DNA of 64,000 bases, taken from a bacterium (lineage in GTDB: Bacteria > Zhuqueibacterota > Zhuqueibacteria > Residuimicrobiales > Krinioviventaceae). The first letter of the stretch is position 1; each line of letters opens with the position of its first letter. Location: contig CAXXMD010000002.1 of assembly GCA_963675755.2 (NCBI GenBank), positions 544,001-608,000 on the forward strand. The letters run 5' to 3'. Positions 30,278 through 40,228 of this stretch are shown here, piece by piece. Below the pieces are notes generated by a model. It had not been told where the DNA came from. It did not search any database and saw nothing but the letters and a program-made list of their open reading frames with translations. The position numbers and the translations under genes were made by a program.

Positions 30278-30778
30278 TCAGAGATTCTTTTGATTTTTAG
30301 GAAAGTCAAAAAGCTTAAATTTTCCACTCGATTCGGTAATATCCTGCCAAAATAACGATTCAAATGTTACATAAAATATGCCACAAGTTGGGATATTATC
30401 AACACGATGTTTTGTTAAAAAATAAGCAAGTGAAGTTATATCAGGATTGTGCCCTACAAGATAAACCGTATTGTATTTTTCATCCAGGCTTGTAATTTGT
30501 TTAAACATTGCATGGATACCATTTAAATACAATTCCTTGCAAAGCGAGATTTTTTTCTTGGGGTAATCAGTTTGTTTTGCAATTTTTTTTGCTGTCTTGT
30601 GTGCTCTAACAGCAGGGCTTGAAATAATAAAATCGGGTAGAACGCCCATCTCCTTTAAACGTTTGCCCATAAGCGGTGCATCATGTTTTCCGCGATTGTT
30701 TAAAGGACGTTGTAAATCTGTCAAGTTGGGATGATCCCAACTTGACTTGGCATGTCTTATCAATACAAGATGTTTCAT
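30278..30778 (-). CDS. sixA: Phosphohistidine phosphatase, SixA family
   Basis: LIRHAKSSW, D.RPLN.RG, SSPAVRA, VGHNP. Confidence 0.88.
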   Translation of the reverse strand: MKHLVLIRHAKSSWDHPNLTDLQRPLNNRGKHDAPLMGKRLKEMGVLPDFIISSPAVRAHKTAKKIAKQTDYPKKKISLCKELYLNGIHAMFKQITSLDEKYNTVYLVGHNPDITSLAYFLTKHRVDNIPTCGIFYVTFESLFWQDITESSGKFKLFDFPKNQKNL

Positions 30779-30824
30779 GAGCGTTCTTTACCCGATGTGA
30801 TATCTAGTATTCAAATTTGTTTTA

Positions 30825-31379
30825 TCATTTAGGTACTGGGTGAGCTATTGTTTGCATAGCTGCTGCAAAATCCATTTCTTTATATGTTGGACTTTCAGAA
30901 TTATGACATTTTTTACAAGTTTCTGCAGTTGGTTCTATAGCTCCTACTGCTGCAAAATCTTGTGTTCCTTCATACATGGCTTTCATAACTTTTAAAGATT
31001 TATAAAGTGAACCAGGACCATGACATGCTTCACAACTAATACCTTCTTCCATAGTCAAGGATGCTTCTTTTACAGATGCTGGTTCTTCATAAGCAGTAAC
31101 ATGGCATTTCAAGCATTTGGGTGATTCTTGAGGATTACCTTCAACACCGACTTTTTTTGCTGCTGCTTTTGCTTCTTCTGTTGCAAGTACTTCATAAGCT
31201 TTTGAATGCGGACCTTCCATCCAAACTTTTTGTTGGTTACCGCGTTTTGCACTTTTATGGCAAACGTTACATTTTTTTTCACCAATGTATTTTGCCTGGT
31301 CTTTTTGTGCTGATACATGTGTTGTCAAGAGAGTGAGGGCAAACACAGCACCTAAAACAACAATTATCGCCTTTTTCAT
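30825..31379 (-). CDS. Periplasmic tetraheme cytochrome c, c554-like
   Basis: Sec signal peptide; four CxxCH motifs (CNVCH, CLKCH, CEACH, CKKCH); YIG...W..GPHSKAY, CHGPGS. Confidence 0.9.
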   Translation of the reverse strand: MKKAIIVVLGAVFALTLLTTHVSAQKDQAKYIGEKKCNVCHKSAKRGNQQKVWMEGPHSKAYEVLATEEAKAAAKKVGVEGNPQESPKCLKCHVTAYEEPASVKEASLTMEEGISCEACHGPGSLYKSLKVMKAMYEGTQDFAAVGAIEPTAETCKKCHNSESPTYKEMDFAAAMQTIAHPVPK

Positions 31380-31752
31380 AATAATTTTCCTTTCCTATTG
31401 TTAACCAACTGATAAATGTTAAGGAATAATAATGCAATAATCAAATAGTTTTGTAGAATTTTTCACAGGTTGCTTGAAAAAAGTGCATAATCTGCTTGAT
31501 TTTATATTGATCTATGATTATCATTCTTTAGATACACTGCATTTTTTATATAAATCTTAAAAGTTGTGAAATGTTTATCAGAATTTTCTAAAATAGTTTT
31601 ATTGAAAAAATAATTCATAATCAATTCATATTTGGAGGATACCTTTGTTACATTACAATTACAATATTCATTGGACATAATCATTACCGGATATGTATTG
31701 ATTCATAATTGACATTTGAATTAAATTAATTATTATAAATGAGGCTGCTGAA

Positions 31753-33558
31753 TTGTATAAGAAAATAATATTTATTCTGGTCGGCATTTCTTTGGTCTTT
31801 ATTGGTTGTTCAAGCGATAAAGTACCAACGCCATCAACATCGCATCCTGAAACATGGACCGAAGTTGGCAATGCAGATTTTCACGGCACCAAAGTTCTAA
31901 CTTCAGGACTTGTTTCATGTAAATCGTGCCATGGAAATGATTTTATGGGTGGTGAATCCAAAGTTTCATGTTACAGTTGTCATGAATCTTATCCGCATAC
32001 CGATGTCTGGAATGCATTAGGATCAGATAATAATCATGGAGCCTATATTGTTGATAATGATTGGGATCTTGATGACTGTAGCAGATGTCATGGTATGGAT
32101 TATGAAGGTGGGAAAAGCGATATTTCTTGTTATTCCTGTCATGATTCTTATCCACACTTTCCAACATGGACACTGTCAGAGTCTGAACTGTTTCATGGCA
32201 AGTATTTAAAAGCTCATGATTATGCTGTTGGTAATTGCCAGAGTTGCCATGGACAGGACTATAGTGGCGGTACAAGTGAAACCTCTTGTTATCAATGTCA
32301 TGCAAATTATCCACATATGGATACCTGGATGGGTACAACGGATGCAAGTCATGGCTCATTTATTCTTGCAGATGAAAACAATATTCAATCTTGTGAATCT
32401 TGTCATGGTTCTGATTACGGTGGTGGTACCAGTGATGTTTCCTGTTATACTTGTCACCAAACATATCCACACTTTGCATCGTGGAATGAACCAGAATCTG
32501 AACAGTTTCATGGAAAATATGTAGAGTCTGCAAATTGGAATGTTGAATCATGTGAATCCTGCCATGGTGATGATTATTCTGGTGGAACGTCTAATGTTTC
32601 CTGTTATACATGTCATCAATCATTTCCACACAACGATAGCTGGCTTACAGCAACTGAAGATGGACATGGTGCATTTTTGAAAAACGTTAATTGGGCTGTC
32701 GAAAGTTGTACAACTTGTCATGGTGAAGATTTGGCTGGCGGAAGCAGTGATATTTCCTGTTACACTTGTCATGAAAACTATCCACATGATTCCGAGTGGA
32801 TGAATATGGCTTCAAATGATTCTCACGGCAGTTATGTTAAAGCTCAGGAATGGGACACAGAATCGTGTCAAACATGTCATGGTGAAGATTTGGCCGGTGG
32901 AACCAGTGACGTATCCTGTTATACCTGCCATGAATCATACCCGCATGCTGATACATGGTTGACTGCAACAGAAGAAGGACACGGCGCATTTGTTAAAGCT
33001 CTGGAATGGGATCTTGAAAGTTGTGCTGATTGTCATGGTGAGGATTATAAAGGCGGTAGTAGTGAGGTTTCCTGTTATACCTGTCACGAATCTTATCCGC
33101 ATCCTGAGAACCATGAATGGGTTGGTGGAACAGACGTCTCTCATGGAAAATATATAAAAACCCAGTATTGGGATCTGTCATCCTGCCAGTTGTGTCATGG
33201 TGAAGATTATGCCGGTGGCACTACCAATACGAGTTGTACTACCTGTCACTCTGGCGAACAAGGTCCTGAATCTTGTAATGTTTGTCATGGAAGTGGTTTT
33301 AATGCCGCACCTCCACAGGATTTAGCGGATCATTCTGAAACTACTTATTTAGGCGTAGGTGCACACCAAACACATATGGCAGTTTCTCCTTATTGTGAAT
33401 TGTGTCACCATCAACCTGAATCCTTTGATGATCCATTGCACCTTGACGGAAATCTTCCTGCAGAAGTTAATGAAAATCTGCAATGGAACCGTGAAACCGC
33501 AACCTGTGCAAATGTTTATTGCCACTCGGATGAAAATAGAGATTATACCTGGAATTGA
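31753..33558 (+). CDS. Multiheme cytochrome c lipoprotein (20 CxxCH plus 1 CxxxxCH)
   Basis: Lipobox VFIGC; 20 CxxCH motifs counted by eye plus terminal CANVYCH; TTG start. Confidence 0.93.
   Translation: MYKKIIFILVGISLVFIGCSSDKVPTPSTSHPETWTEVGNADFHGTKVLTSGLVSCKSCHGNDFMGGESKVSCYSCHESYPHTDVWNALGSDNNHGAYIVDNDWDLDDCSRCHGMDYEGGKSDISCYSCHDSYPHFPTWTLSESELFHGKYLKAHDYAVGNCQSCHGQDYSGGTSETSCYQCHANYPHMDTWMGTTDASHGSFILADENNIQSCESCHGSDYGGGTSDVSCYTCHQTYPHFASWNEPESEQFHGKYVESANWNVESCESCHGDDYSGGTSNVSCYTCHQSFPHNDSWLTATEDGHGAFLKNVNWAVESCTTCHGEDLAGGSSDISCYTCHENYPHDSEWMNMASNDSHGSYVKAQEWDTESCQTCHGEDLAGGTSDVSCYTCHESYPHADTWLTATEEGHGAFVKALEWDLESCADCHGEDYKGGSSEVSCYTCHESYPHPENHEWVGGTDVSHGKYIKTQYWDLSSCQLCHGEDYAGGTTNTSCTTCHSGEQGPESCNVCHGSGFNAAPPQDLADHSETTYLGVGAHQTHMAVSPYCELCHHQPESFDDPLHLDGNLPAEVNENLQWNRETATCANVYCHSDENRDYTWN
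31843..33249 (+). repeat. Nine tandem coding repeats of about 156-159 bp, each a di-heme module
   Basis: Consensus H-x3-W-x7/8-HG-x~12-CxxCHG-x-D-x2-GG-x-S-x2-S-CYxCH-x2-YP; DNA motifs such as TCCTGTTATAC and TGTCATGG recur. Confidence 0.92.
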
Positions 33559-33562
33559 TTTT

Positions 33563-33599
33563 GAATAGGGGAAATGCCTTTAAAGGCGTTTCCCCATTC
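33563..33599. terminator. Hairpin between convergent genes, overlapping the GNAT stop codon
   Basis: GGGGAAATGCCTTT / AAAGGCGTTTCCCC near-perfect inverted repeat; T tails are weak. Confidence 0.55.
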
Positions 33600-34005
33600 C
33601 TATAACATCATCGTCTTTATACCCCAAATGTGAATAAAATGCAATAACATTTTTATTGGTATTTCTTACCTGTAAGTTTATTTTAGGACACCCCATAGAT
33701 TTTAGCAATTCTTCTGCTGCTTGCATTAAAGCTTTACCTATACCTTTTCTTTGCAAAGAAGGGGACACCGCAAGATAGTTAATCCAACCTCTATGGCCTT
33801 CATATCCAACCATTACTGATCCAACCAAAGTATTATTTGTTTCTGCTACAAGCAATCCTTGTGGATGATATGTAATTTTCATGTCAATATCTTTATCCGG
33901 ATCATTCCATGGTACAACCAGATCACAGTCCCGCCACAATTCTACAAGATCTTTTCTGTCATTTTCTTCAAAGACTCTGATTTTAAATTTGTTATTTTTC
34001 TTCAC
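33580..34005 (-). CDS. GNAT family acetyltransferase (YpeA-like)
   Basis: PWNDPDKDI, VMVGYEGHRGWINYLAV, QRKGIG, GCPKINLQVR; GTG start. Confidence 0.92.
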   Translation of the reverse strand: MKKNNKFKIRVFEENDRKDLVELWRDCDLVVPWNDPDKDIDMKITYHPQGLLVAETNNTLVGSVMVGYEGHRGWINYLAVSPSLQRKGIGKALMQAAEELLKSMGCPKINLQVRNTNKNVIAFYSHLGYKDDDVIGMGKRL

Positions 34006-34024
34006 TATATAATCCTTTAGAAAT

Positions 34025-34060
34025 AAAAAAACCGTATAATAATTAGCTATTATACGGTTT
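34025..34060 (-). terminator. Intrinsic terminator of tal
   Basis: AAACCGTATAATA / TATTATACGGTTT stem with A run on the + side. Confidence 0.75.
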
Positions 34061-34082
34061 GAAAATCAATATTTAATTTGGG

Positions 34083-35048
34083 TTAACAGTTGACGATTTT
34101 ATTTTTAATATAATTTTCAAGTTGCAAAGTATCTTTGGTAAAATTACGAATACCTTCGGCAAGCTTTTCTGTTCCCATAGCATCCTCATTGTGCATCCAT
34201 CTGAATATTTTTTCATCAATTTCAATTATAGGCTCACCGTTTCTTGCTGCTGTTTCCTTGTTGAGTTTATGATGAACAAGTTCGGCTTTGTTTTTCAATT
34301 CTTCAAGCAGGTTAGGGGATATGGTTAAAAGATCACAACCCACAAGTTCTATAATTTCATCAGTATTTCTAAAACTTGCTCCCATGACCTGTGTTTTGAA
34401 ACCATTCTTTTTATAATAATTATAAATACGGGTTACAGATTCAACGCCAGGATCTTTATGCGGTTCGAAATGTTCGATTCCAGTGGACTTTTTGTACCAG
34501 TCCAGAATTCTACCAACGAATGGAGAAATTAGAGTAACATTGGCTTGAGCACAAGCAACTGCCTGGGCAAAACTGAATAATAATGTCATATTACATTTTA
34601 TATCTTCTTTTTCCAGTACTTTTGCGGCTTCTATACCTTCCCAGGTTGATGCAATTTTAATTAAAATACGATCGCGATCAATACCAACATCCTTGTACAT
34701 TTCAATAATTTCACGGGCTTTATCTATGGTTGCTGCTGTATCAAATGATAATCGGGAATCCACTTCAGTTGATATTCTTCCTGGAATAATATCAAGTATT
34801 TCCTTACCAAAATTAACTGCTAGTTTGTCCAGTGTGAGCTCTAGTTTATCTGATTCGGATTGGGCATTATTATTTCCGAAACAAATAGCATCATTAACAA
34901 GATGTTGATACTCTTCACGTTGTGCCGCTTTGTATAGCAGGGAAGGATTGGTTGTGGCATCTGTTGGCTGGTATTTTTGAATCTCCTGAATTTCCCCTGT
35001 ATCTGCAACGACTATTGTATACTGCTTTAGCTGTTCCAATTGATTCAT
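34083..35048 (-). CDS. tal: Transaldolase (TalA/TalB long type)
   Basis: [42 protein letters not shown]. Confidence 0.97.
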   Translation of the reverse strand: MNQLEQLKQYTIVVADTGEIQEIQKYQPTDATTNPSLLYKAAQREEYQHLVNDAICFGNNNAQSESDKLELTLDKLAVNFGKEILDIIPGRISTEVDSRLSFDTAATIDKAREIIEMYKDVGIDRDRILIKIASTWEGIEAAKVLEKEDIKCNMTLLFSFAQAVACAQANVTLISPFVGRILDWYKKSTGIEHFEPHKDPGVESVTRIYNYYKKNGFKTQVMGASFRNTDEIIELVGCDLLTISPNLLEELKNKAELVHHKLNKETAARNGEPIIEIDEKIFRWMHNEDAMGTEKLAEGIRNFTKDTLQLENYIKNKIVNC

Positions 35049-35176
35049 ATGTCACCTCATTATTTATCTTTCACAATAAATAACATGCCAGACAAGTTTA
35101 ATATTTCATTGCATTGTTAAATGTAGAGTTTAATGGGTTGTTTTGGAATAATTAATATAAAAAAAGAATGAATTTT

Positions 35177-35206
35177 AAATGTGGCTGATTTCCAGCCACA
35201 TTTTTT
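35177..35206. terminator. Hairpin terminator at the end of the HDOD gene
   Basis: AAATGTGGCTG-atttc-CAGCCACATTT inverted repeat. Confidence 0.7.
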
Positions 35207-36449
35207 ATACCGCACTGGTTATTTCATTTAAATCAAATTTAATTTCTTCACTAATTGTTTTAATCTTTTCTACCGGGATTTCGATATAACTGAATTCTGT
35301 ATAATCAATTTCATTAATATCTTCCTGAGCCGCAATGCGGTTTACCAAATCATTCGTAAAACGAGAGACGAGTAGAATGTCATTATTTTTTGATAAATCA
35401 GATGCAAAGCTGTGATGTAAAAGAGCAACTTCAATACTGATAGGAGGCAGATTCCACAAGTTGAGCAAAAAGGCGCCCACTTCTGTGTGTGTATTGCCTG
35501 CAAGGCCCATATCCAATTCACAATCATAAAAACTCATATAGGGATGTTGTTTTTGGTGTTCAATGATTTGTTCGAATCTGTCAGGGAAATATTGGAGCAA
35601 TATGATTTTACCAATATCGTGTGTAATACCAACAGAATTGTATTTTGAATTAATGGGTTTCATGAATTTTAATTTATAGAATAATTGAATGTATTTGTTC
35701 ACTATAGAAGAGTGATCAATAATATTTTGAAAATATTGTTGTTGTACCGAGTTTAATGGCTTTTGTGTGGAAAGTGTAACAGCAAGCACAATGTTTTTTA
35801 CAGCATTTAATCCCATTGTCATAATTGCATGTTCAATTGAGGCCGTAGGCTCTCCTAGGCGTCTGTAAAACGCACTATTGGCAATGTGTAAAATTTTGGT
35901 TGTTACAGAAACATCCTGTTTAATAATATCTGCAAATTCGTCAAATGAAGCTTCTCTGTGGAATGCACTCATGAAATATTGATATAACATTGGCAGACTG
36001 GGTAATCTGTCAAGACTGTTCATCAAATCAAGAATTTTATCGTTTTTAAATGAACGATGAAATTTAAGCATTCGAATAATTTCATCCCGCAGTTCTGTTG
36101 TATCCCACGGTTTAGGAAAATAGGTTGATACCAATCCATTGGTCAAGGCCTGAAGTGCTGTGGATTCGTCAACATAGCCACTGAGGAAAACACGTATAAT
36201 GGAAGGCCATTTCTTTTTAACCAATTCAAGAAATTCCATACCATCCATTTCCGGCATCCGAATGTCACTAATTACCATATCAATTTGTTCGGATTCTATG
36301 ATTTCAATACCTTCTTTAGCGCTTGAAGCTGTTACAATGTCAAAATCATTTTGAAATAGAGTGTCTCGAATGACATTTAAAACACTAGCTTCATCATCTA
36401 CAAAAAGTACCTTGCCCATATTTGCTGCATTAACGTCAAAAGTGGTCAT
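35205..36449 (-). CDS. Response regulator with HDOD output domain
   Basis: VLFVDDE/VISDIRMP receiver; LPSLP, ILHIANSAFY, THDIGK, HTEVGAFLL.LWNLP. Confidence 0.92.
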   Translation of the reverse strand: MTTFDVNAANMGKVLFVDDEASVLNVIRDTLFQNDFDIVTASSAKEGIEIIESEQIDMVISDIRMPEMDGMEFLELVKKKWPSIIRVFLSGYVDESTALQALTNGLVSTYFPKPWDTTELRDEIIRMLKFHRSFKNDKILDLMNSLDRLPSLPMLYQYFMSAFHREASFDEFADIIKQDVSVTTKILHIANSAFYRRLGEPTASIEHAIMTMGLNAVKNIVLAVTLSTQKPLNSVQQQYFQNIIDHSSIVNKYIQLFYKLKFMKPINSKYNSVGITHDIGKIILLQYFPDRFEQIIEHQKQHPYMSFYDCELDMGLAGNTHTEVGAFLLNLWNLPPISIEVALLHHSFASDLSKNNDILLVSRFTNDLVNRIAAQEDINEIDYTEFSYIEIPVEKIKTISEEIKFDLNEITSAV

Positions 36450-36537
36450 AATTGCTCCATTTTCCCTTTTAATACCCCTTAAAATTTTTCCCTTATTTAA
36501 AAATAAGATATTCGGAAATCAATGTAAAGATTTTTTT

Positions 36538-37149
36538 TTATAGTTCAAGTAAGAAAAGAGTAGCAATAATTATACTCAAATCAGCTATAAAGTGAGAAAA
36601 AATTGGAATTATTAAGCCATTAAATTTTATTTTACATAATCTCCACATCCAGGCTGTAACAGATAATATGATAAAGCTAAAAATAATCCATTCAATTTTA
36701 ATAAATTGATACAAAACAATTGTGTGATATGCTGCAAACAAACAATCTGTTAATACAGGTTTTTTTGAATTTGAAAATAAAATATTTCTCCAAAAAAATT
36801 CTTCAAGAAAAGGGGTGGTCAATGTATAATAAATACTGAATATATAAAAAGAAAAACTGCTCAAACCTAGTGTTTCCAATATAGATAACATTGACACACC
36901 ATTTGAAACTATTGGCCATAAAATATAGATTGATATCCCTGAAGTTAATCCTGCTATTGAAAAGATAAACAAGTATGCAGGATTAAATCCTTTAAATAAA
37001 ATTTGAAAATTTCTTTCAGATGATAAAATGATTGTTAATAGAACTATGGCATGATAACCAAGTATTGCTGCCCATGCATTTTTTAAAAAGATAATGCCAA
37101 TTACCATTATTAAAATTGGTATACTACCAATTAAATATTTGATGTTCAT
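36538..37149 (-). CDS. CPBP (CAAX/Abi) family intramembrane metalloprotease
   Basis: Multi-TM; LEEFFWR, FAAYH and SHFIAD motifs. Confidence 0.82.
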   Translation of the reverse strand: MNIKYLIGSIPILIMVIGIIFLKNAWAAILGYHAIVLLTIILSSERNFQILFKGFNPAYLFIFSIAGLTSGISIYILWPIVSNGVSMLSILETLGLSSFSFYIFSIYYTLTTPFLEEFFWRNILFSNSKKPVLTDCLFAAYHTIVLYQFIKIEWIIFSFIILSVTAWMWRLCKIKFNGLIIPIFSHFIADLSIIIATLFLLEL

Positions 37150-37175
37150 TAAAATACCCCTTTTAAAACAGGTAA

Positions 37176-37937
37176 TTATTTCTTTGTAGTTTGCATATTT
37201 ACCCCTTTAAGCACTTTATCCGAATAACCCCAGCCATATTCAGATGGAAGATCAACAAGAATGAAACTTGATTTCTTGATCGCCTTGATGAGCAATTGAT
37301 TTTCAAGGTCAATTCTTGCCTGATCATTGGTTTTTATTACTAAATCATTTACGTTAAACATGCCGGAAATATTATATATAAATATTCTTCTTTTATCATA
37401 TAGATCATAAAACAGAGTTTTATCGGGTTCAAGGTCGCATCGATATATGGTAGCATCTGCATGTATGTGTACGGCTTCATCAAAACCCTGGCCTGAAGCA
37501 ATAGGGTAAATATTATTTAGCCAATTTCTGGACTTTGATTTTTTGATAACTGTTGACGGTTCAAGGTTATGTTTGTTAGGGTAAATCCAGATTTGAAAAT
37601 ATTGTACCGGTTTTTCAGAAAAATTGATTTCAGAATGACGTACACCTGTACCTGCGCTGAGGCAATGAACGTGATTGGTTGAAATTAAGGTTTTGTTGTT
37701 CAAATTGTCATGGTGGGTTATTTCACCCTTGTGAACCAATGTAACAATTTCCATGTTTTCATGGGGATGTGTTGGAAAACCACATTGGGGTAGAATATGA
37801 TCATGGTTAAAGATTCGCAAATCACCAAACTGTAGATTGTCCGGATCATAGTAACTTGAAAATGAAAACAGCCACCAAGATTTTAACCAACCCAAATTTG
37901 TATAATGACGTTCGTCAGCTCTAATTATTCGTATCAT
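37176..37937 (-). CDS. Pirin family protein (YhhW-like cupin)
   Basis: FSFSSYYDP, GFPTHPHENMEIVT, SAGTGVRHSE, FQIWI. Confidence 0.92.
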   Translation of the reverse strand: MIRIIRADERHYTNLGWLKSWWLFSFSSYYDPDNLQFGDLRIFNHDHILPQCGFPTHPHENMEIVTLVHKGEITHHDNLNNKTLISTNHVHCLSAGTGVRHSEINFSEKPVQYFQIWIYPNKHNLEPSTVIKKSKSRNWLNNIYPIASGQGFDEAVHIHADATIYRCDLEPDKTLFYDLYDKRRIFIYNISGMFNVNDLVIKTNDQARIDLENQLLIKAIKKSSFILVDLPSEYGWGYSDKVLKGVNMQTTKK

Positions 37938-37939
37938 AA

Positions 37940-39358
37940 CTATTCATATCTTATTGGCCAGGATTCAGAATCAGTATGGGCGTGTTTTATATTCATTTGA
38001 ATTTTTTCAAGAATATCCGTATGAACATTTGCGATATTTCTGGTTTCGCTCAAATCAGTATTCAGGTCAAATAATTCAATAGGAGCATTAGGACCATTCT
38101 GGACTGCTTTCCAATTTTCCATTCGCAGTGCAAATCTGGTTGGCTTGTTCCAATGGAATTCCCAAAACAGGTACTCGTGTTTTTGTTGTCTTTCGGGTTT
38201 ATCTAAAAGTGTTGGTAGAAATGAAATTCCATCAATATTTTCAGGAATCTCAGTTCCAGCAAGTTCAGCGCAAGTAGGAAGGAGATCCCAAAATGCAGAT
38301 ATATGATCACTTTTTGAACCAGGTTTGATTTTCCCCGGCCATTTAGCAATAAAAGGAACCCGTATTCCACCCTCATAAACATCACGTTTTATGCCTCGTA
38401 AGGGGCCATTGCTATCATTGAAATCTGGATCATTTAAACCTTCTTTATGTGGACCATTGTCACTTGAAAACATAATTATTGTATTTTCAGCTATGCCAAG
38501 GTTTTCCAATTGTTTAACAATTTTTCCAATATCACTATCCATTCTGGAAATCATGGAAGCATGACCTTTTTGAGCAGCCGGCCAGTTTTTATCTTTGTAA
38601 ATCCCATAATCAGGAACTTCCATTCCATGTTCTGCTTCAACAAGGTTCCATTGATTATTTGCATGGGGAATGGTATAAGCAAGGTACAGGAAAAAGGGAT
38701 TATTTTTATTGGTATCAATAAAGGCTTGAGCCTCTTTTGTAAATAAGTCATGAGAATAAGTGGATTTGTTCGTAGATGCGCTTCCAATACCTTTCGAGTA
38801 TCCTGTTTCAGACATTACTACGTTATTGTCCAGTTTAACCTTTTCATGATTACGCCAGAGCCAATCTGTATAATAGTTATGTGCACGGGTTTGGTTTAAA
38901 TATCCGAAAAAATAATCAAATCCTTTTTTGTTCGGTTCCCCGGTGGTTCCTGTTTCACCCAAACCCCATTTACCTACTAGAGCTGTTGAATAACCTTCTT
39001 TTTTCAACAATTCAGCTACTGTCAGATCGTAGGGTTCTATTGCGATGAGGGCATTTCCACGAATCCTGGCGTGTCCAGTATGTTTACCAGTCATGAGGCA
39101 GCATCGTGAAGGTGCGCAAACTGTGCTTCCTGCATAATGATCAGTAAATAAAATACCGTCTTGTGCCAATTTATCGATATTGGGAGTTTGAATTTCTTTT
39201 TGGCCGTAACATCCCAGATCACCATAACCCAAATCATCCGCTAAAATATAAATGATATTGGGTTTTGAGTTTTGAGTTGTGCAATTAAAAATAGGGAAAG
39301 ATAAAGAGGCAGTAGCCGCACCGAGTACATGTTTAAGGAATTCTCTACGTTGCAGCAA
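37940..39358 (-). CDS. Tat-exported formylglycine-dependent arylsulfatase (S1)
   Basis: RREFLK Tat signal; ADDLGYGD; CAPSR; GKWGLG; SSDNG; YEGGIRVP. Confidence 0.95.
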   Translation of the reverse strand: MLQRREFLKHVLGAATASLSFPIFNCTTQNSKPNIIYILADDLGYGDLGCYGQKEIQTPNIDKLAQDGILFTDHYAGSTVCAPSRCCLMTGKHTGHARIRGNALIAIEPYDLTVAELLKKEGYSTALVGKWGLGETGTTGEPNKKGFDYFFGYLNQTRAHNYYTDWLWRNHEKVKLDNNVVMSETGYSKGIGSASTNKSTYSHDLFTKEAQAFIDTNKNNPFFLYLAYTIPHANNQWNLVEAEHGMEVPDYGIYKDKNWPAAQKGHASMISRMDSDIGKIVKQLENLGIAENTIIMFSSDNGPHKEGLNDPDFNDSNGPLRGIKRDVYEGGIRVPFIAKWPGKIKPGSKSDHISAFWDLLPTCAELAGTEIPENIDGISFLPTLLDKPERQQKHEYLFWEFHWNKPTRFALRMENWKAVQNGPNAPIELFDLNTDLSETRNIANVHTDILEKIQMNIKHAHTDSESWPIRYE

Positions 39359-39379
39359 AACTATTCCTTTCCGAAAGCT

Positions 39380-40228
39380 TTATTTGTCTTTCAATTTATC
39401 GAATACTGAATTAATATTATCATCTAATGTGGCAATTTTTTCTTTAAAAAACAAACCTAAATAAATTGGATCTTTGTTCTCAGCATATTGTAAAGCTTTT
39501 GATCTATCTGTTACATCATAATCATCCGGAAATTTGCCTACTACCTGGTTCCAGCTTTTATAAGTAATAAGTTTATTAAATTCTACACAGGGGGATAAGT
39601 CATGAATAAAAGAAAAGCCCGGGTGTTGAATTGCTTCCTTGACAATTTGAGAAACCAATGCCCGTTCACGACTAAAAACACGAGCTACAAAGGTTGCGCC
39701 ATATGATAACGCCAATGTTGTGGGATTTAATGGGCGCGCAATATTACCGTAAGGGGTAGTTCCACTAATCATTCCCATTGGAGACGTTGGTGAAACCTGT
39801 CCTTTGGTTAATCCGTAAATGCTATTATCAAGAAGGATATATGTGATGTTGAGGTTGTTTCTTGCTGCATGCGGAAAATGACCGCCACCAATACCTACAC
39901 CGTCACCATCACCACCAACCACAACAACTGACAGTTCCGGATTAGCAATTTTGATTCCTGTAGCAATAGGAATTGCTCGACCATGCAGCCCATGAAAACC
40001 AAATCCGTTTACAAAAAAGGGAAAGCGACCGGAACAGCCAATACCTGAAACAACAACAAAATTTTTAGGAGGTATTTTGAGCTCATTGGCAGCTTCGTAG
40101 AGCCCATTTAATGCGGTAAAATGTCCACATCCGGGACACCATGTAGGCAAGTTACCACGCCATTTACTTTTATTTTCAATTTTAACCCGGTCTAATGCAT
40201 CAAGTACGGACCTTTTATTTAATGTCAT
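39380..40228 (-). CDS. 2-oxoacid:ferredoxin oxidoreductase beta subunit
   Basis: WCPGCG, SGIGCSG, GGDGDG...DNSIYGLTKGQ TPP-binding motif. Confidence 0.95.
   Translation of the reverse strand: MTLNKRSVLDALDRVKIENKSKWRGNLPTWCPGCGHFTALNGLYEAANELKIPPKNFVVVSGIGCSGRFPFFVNGFGFHGLHGRAIPIATGIKIANPELSVVVVGGDGDGVGIGGGHFPHAARNNLNITYILLDNSIYGLTKGQVSPTSPMGMISGTTPYGNIARPLNPTTLALSYGATFVARVFSRERALVSQIVKEAIQHPGFSFIHDLSPCVEFNKLITYKSWNQVVGKFPDDYDVTDRSKALQYAENKDPIYLGLFFKEKIATLDDNINSVFDKLKDK

Noticed and set aside
31843-33249. Regularly spaced DNA repeats that could suggest a CRISPR array
   Set aside because: The period is about 157 bp, the repeats vary at third codon positions and are in frame within the cytochrome ORF; there are no cas genes
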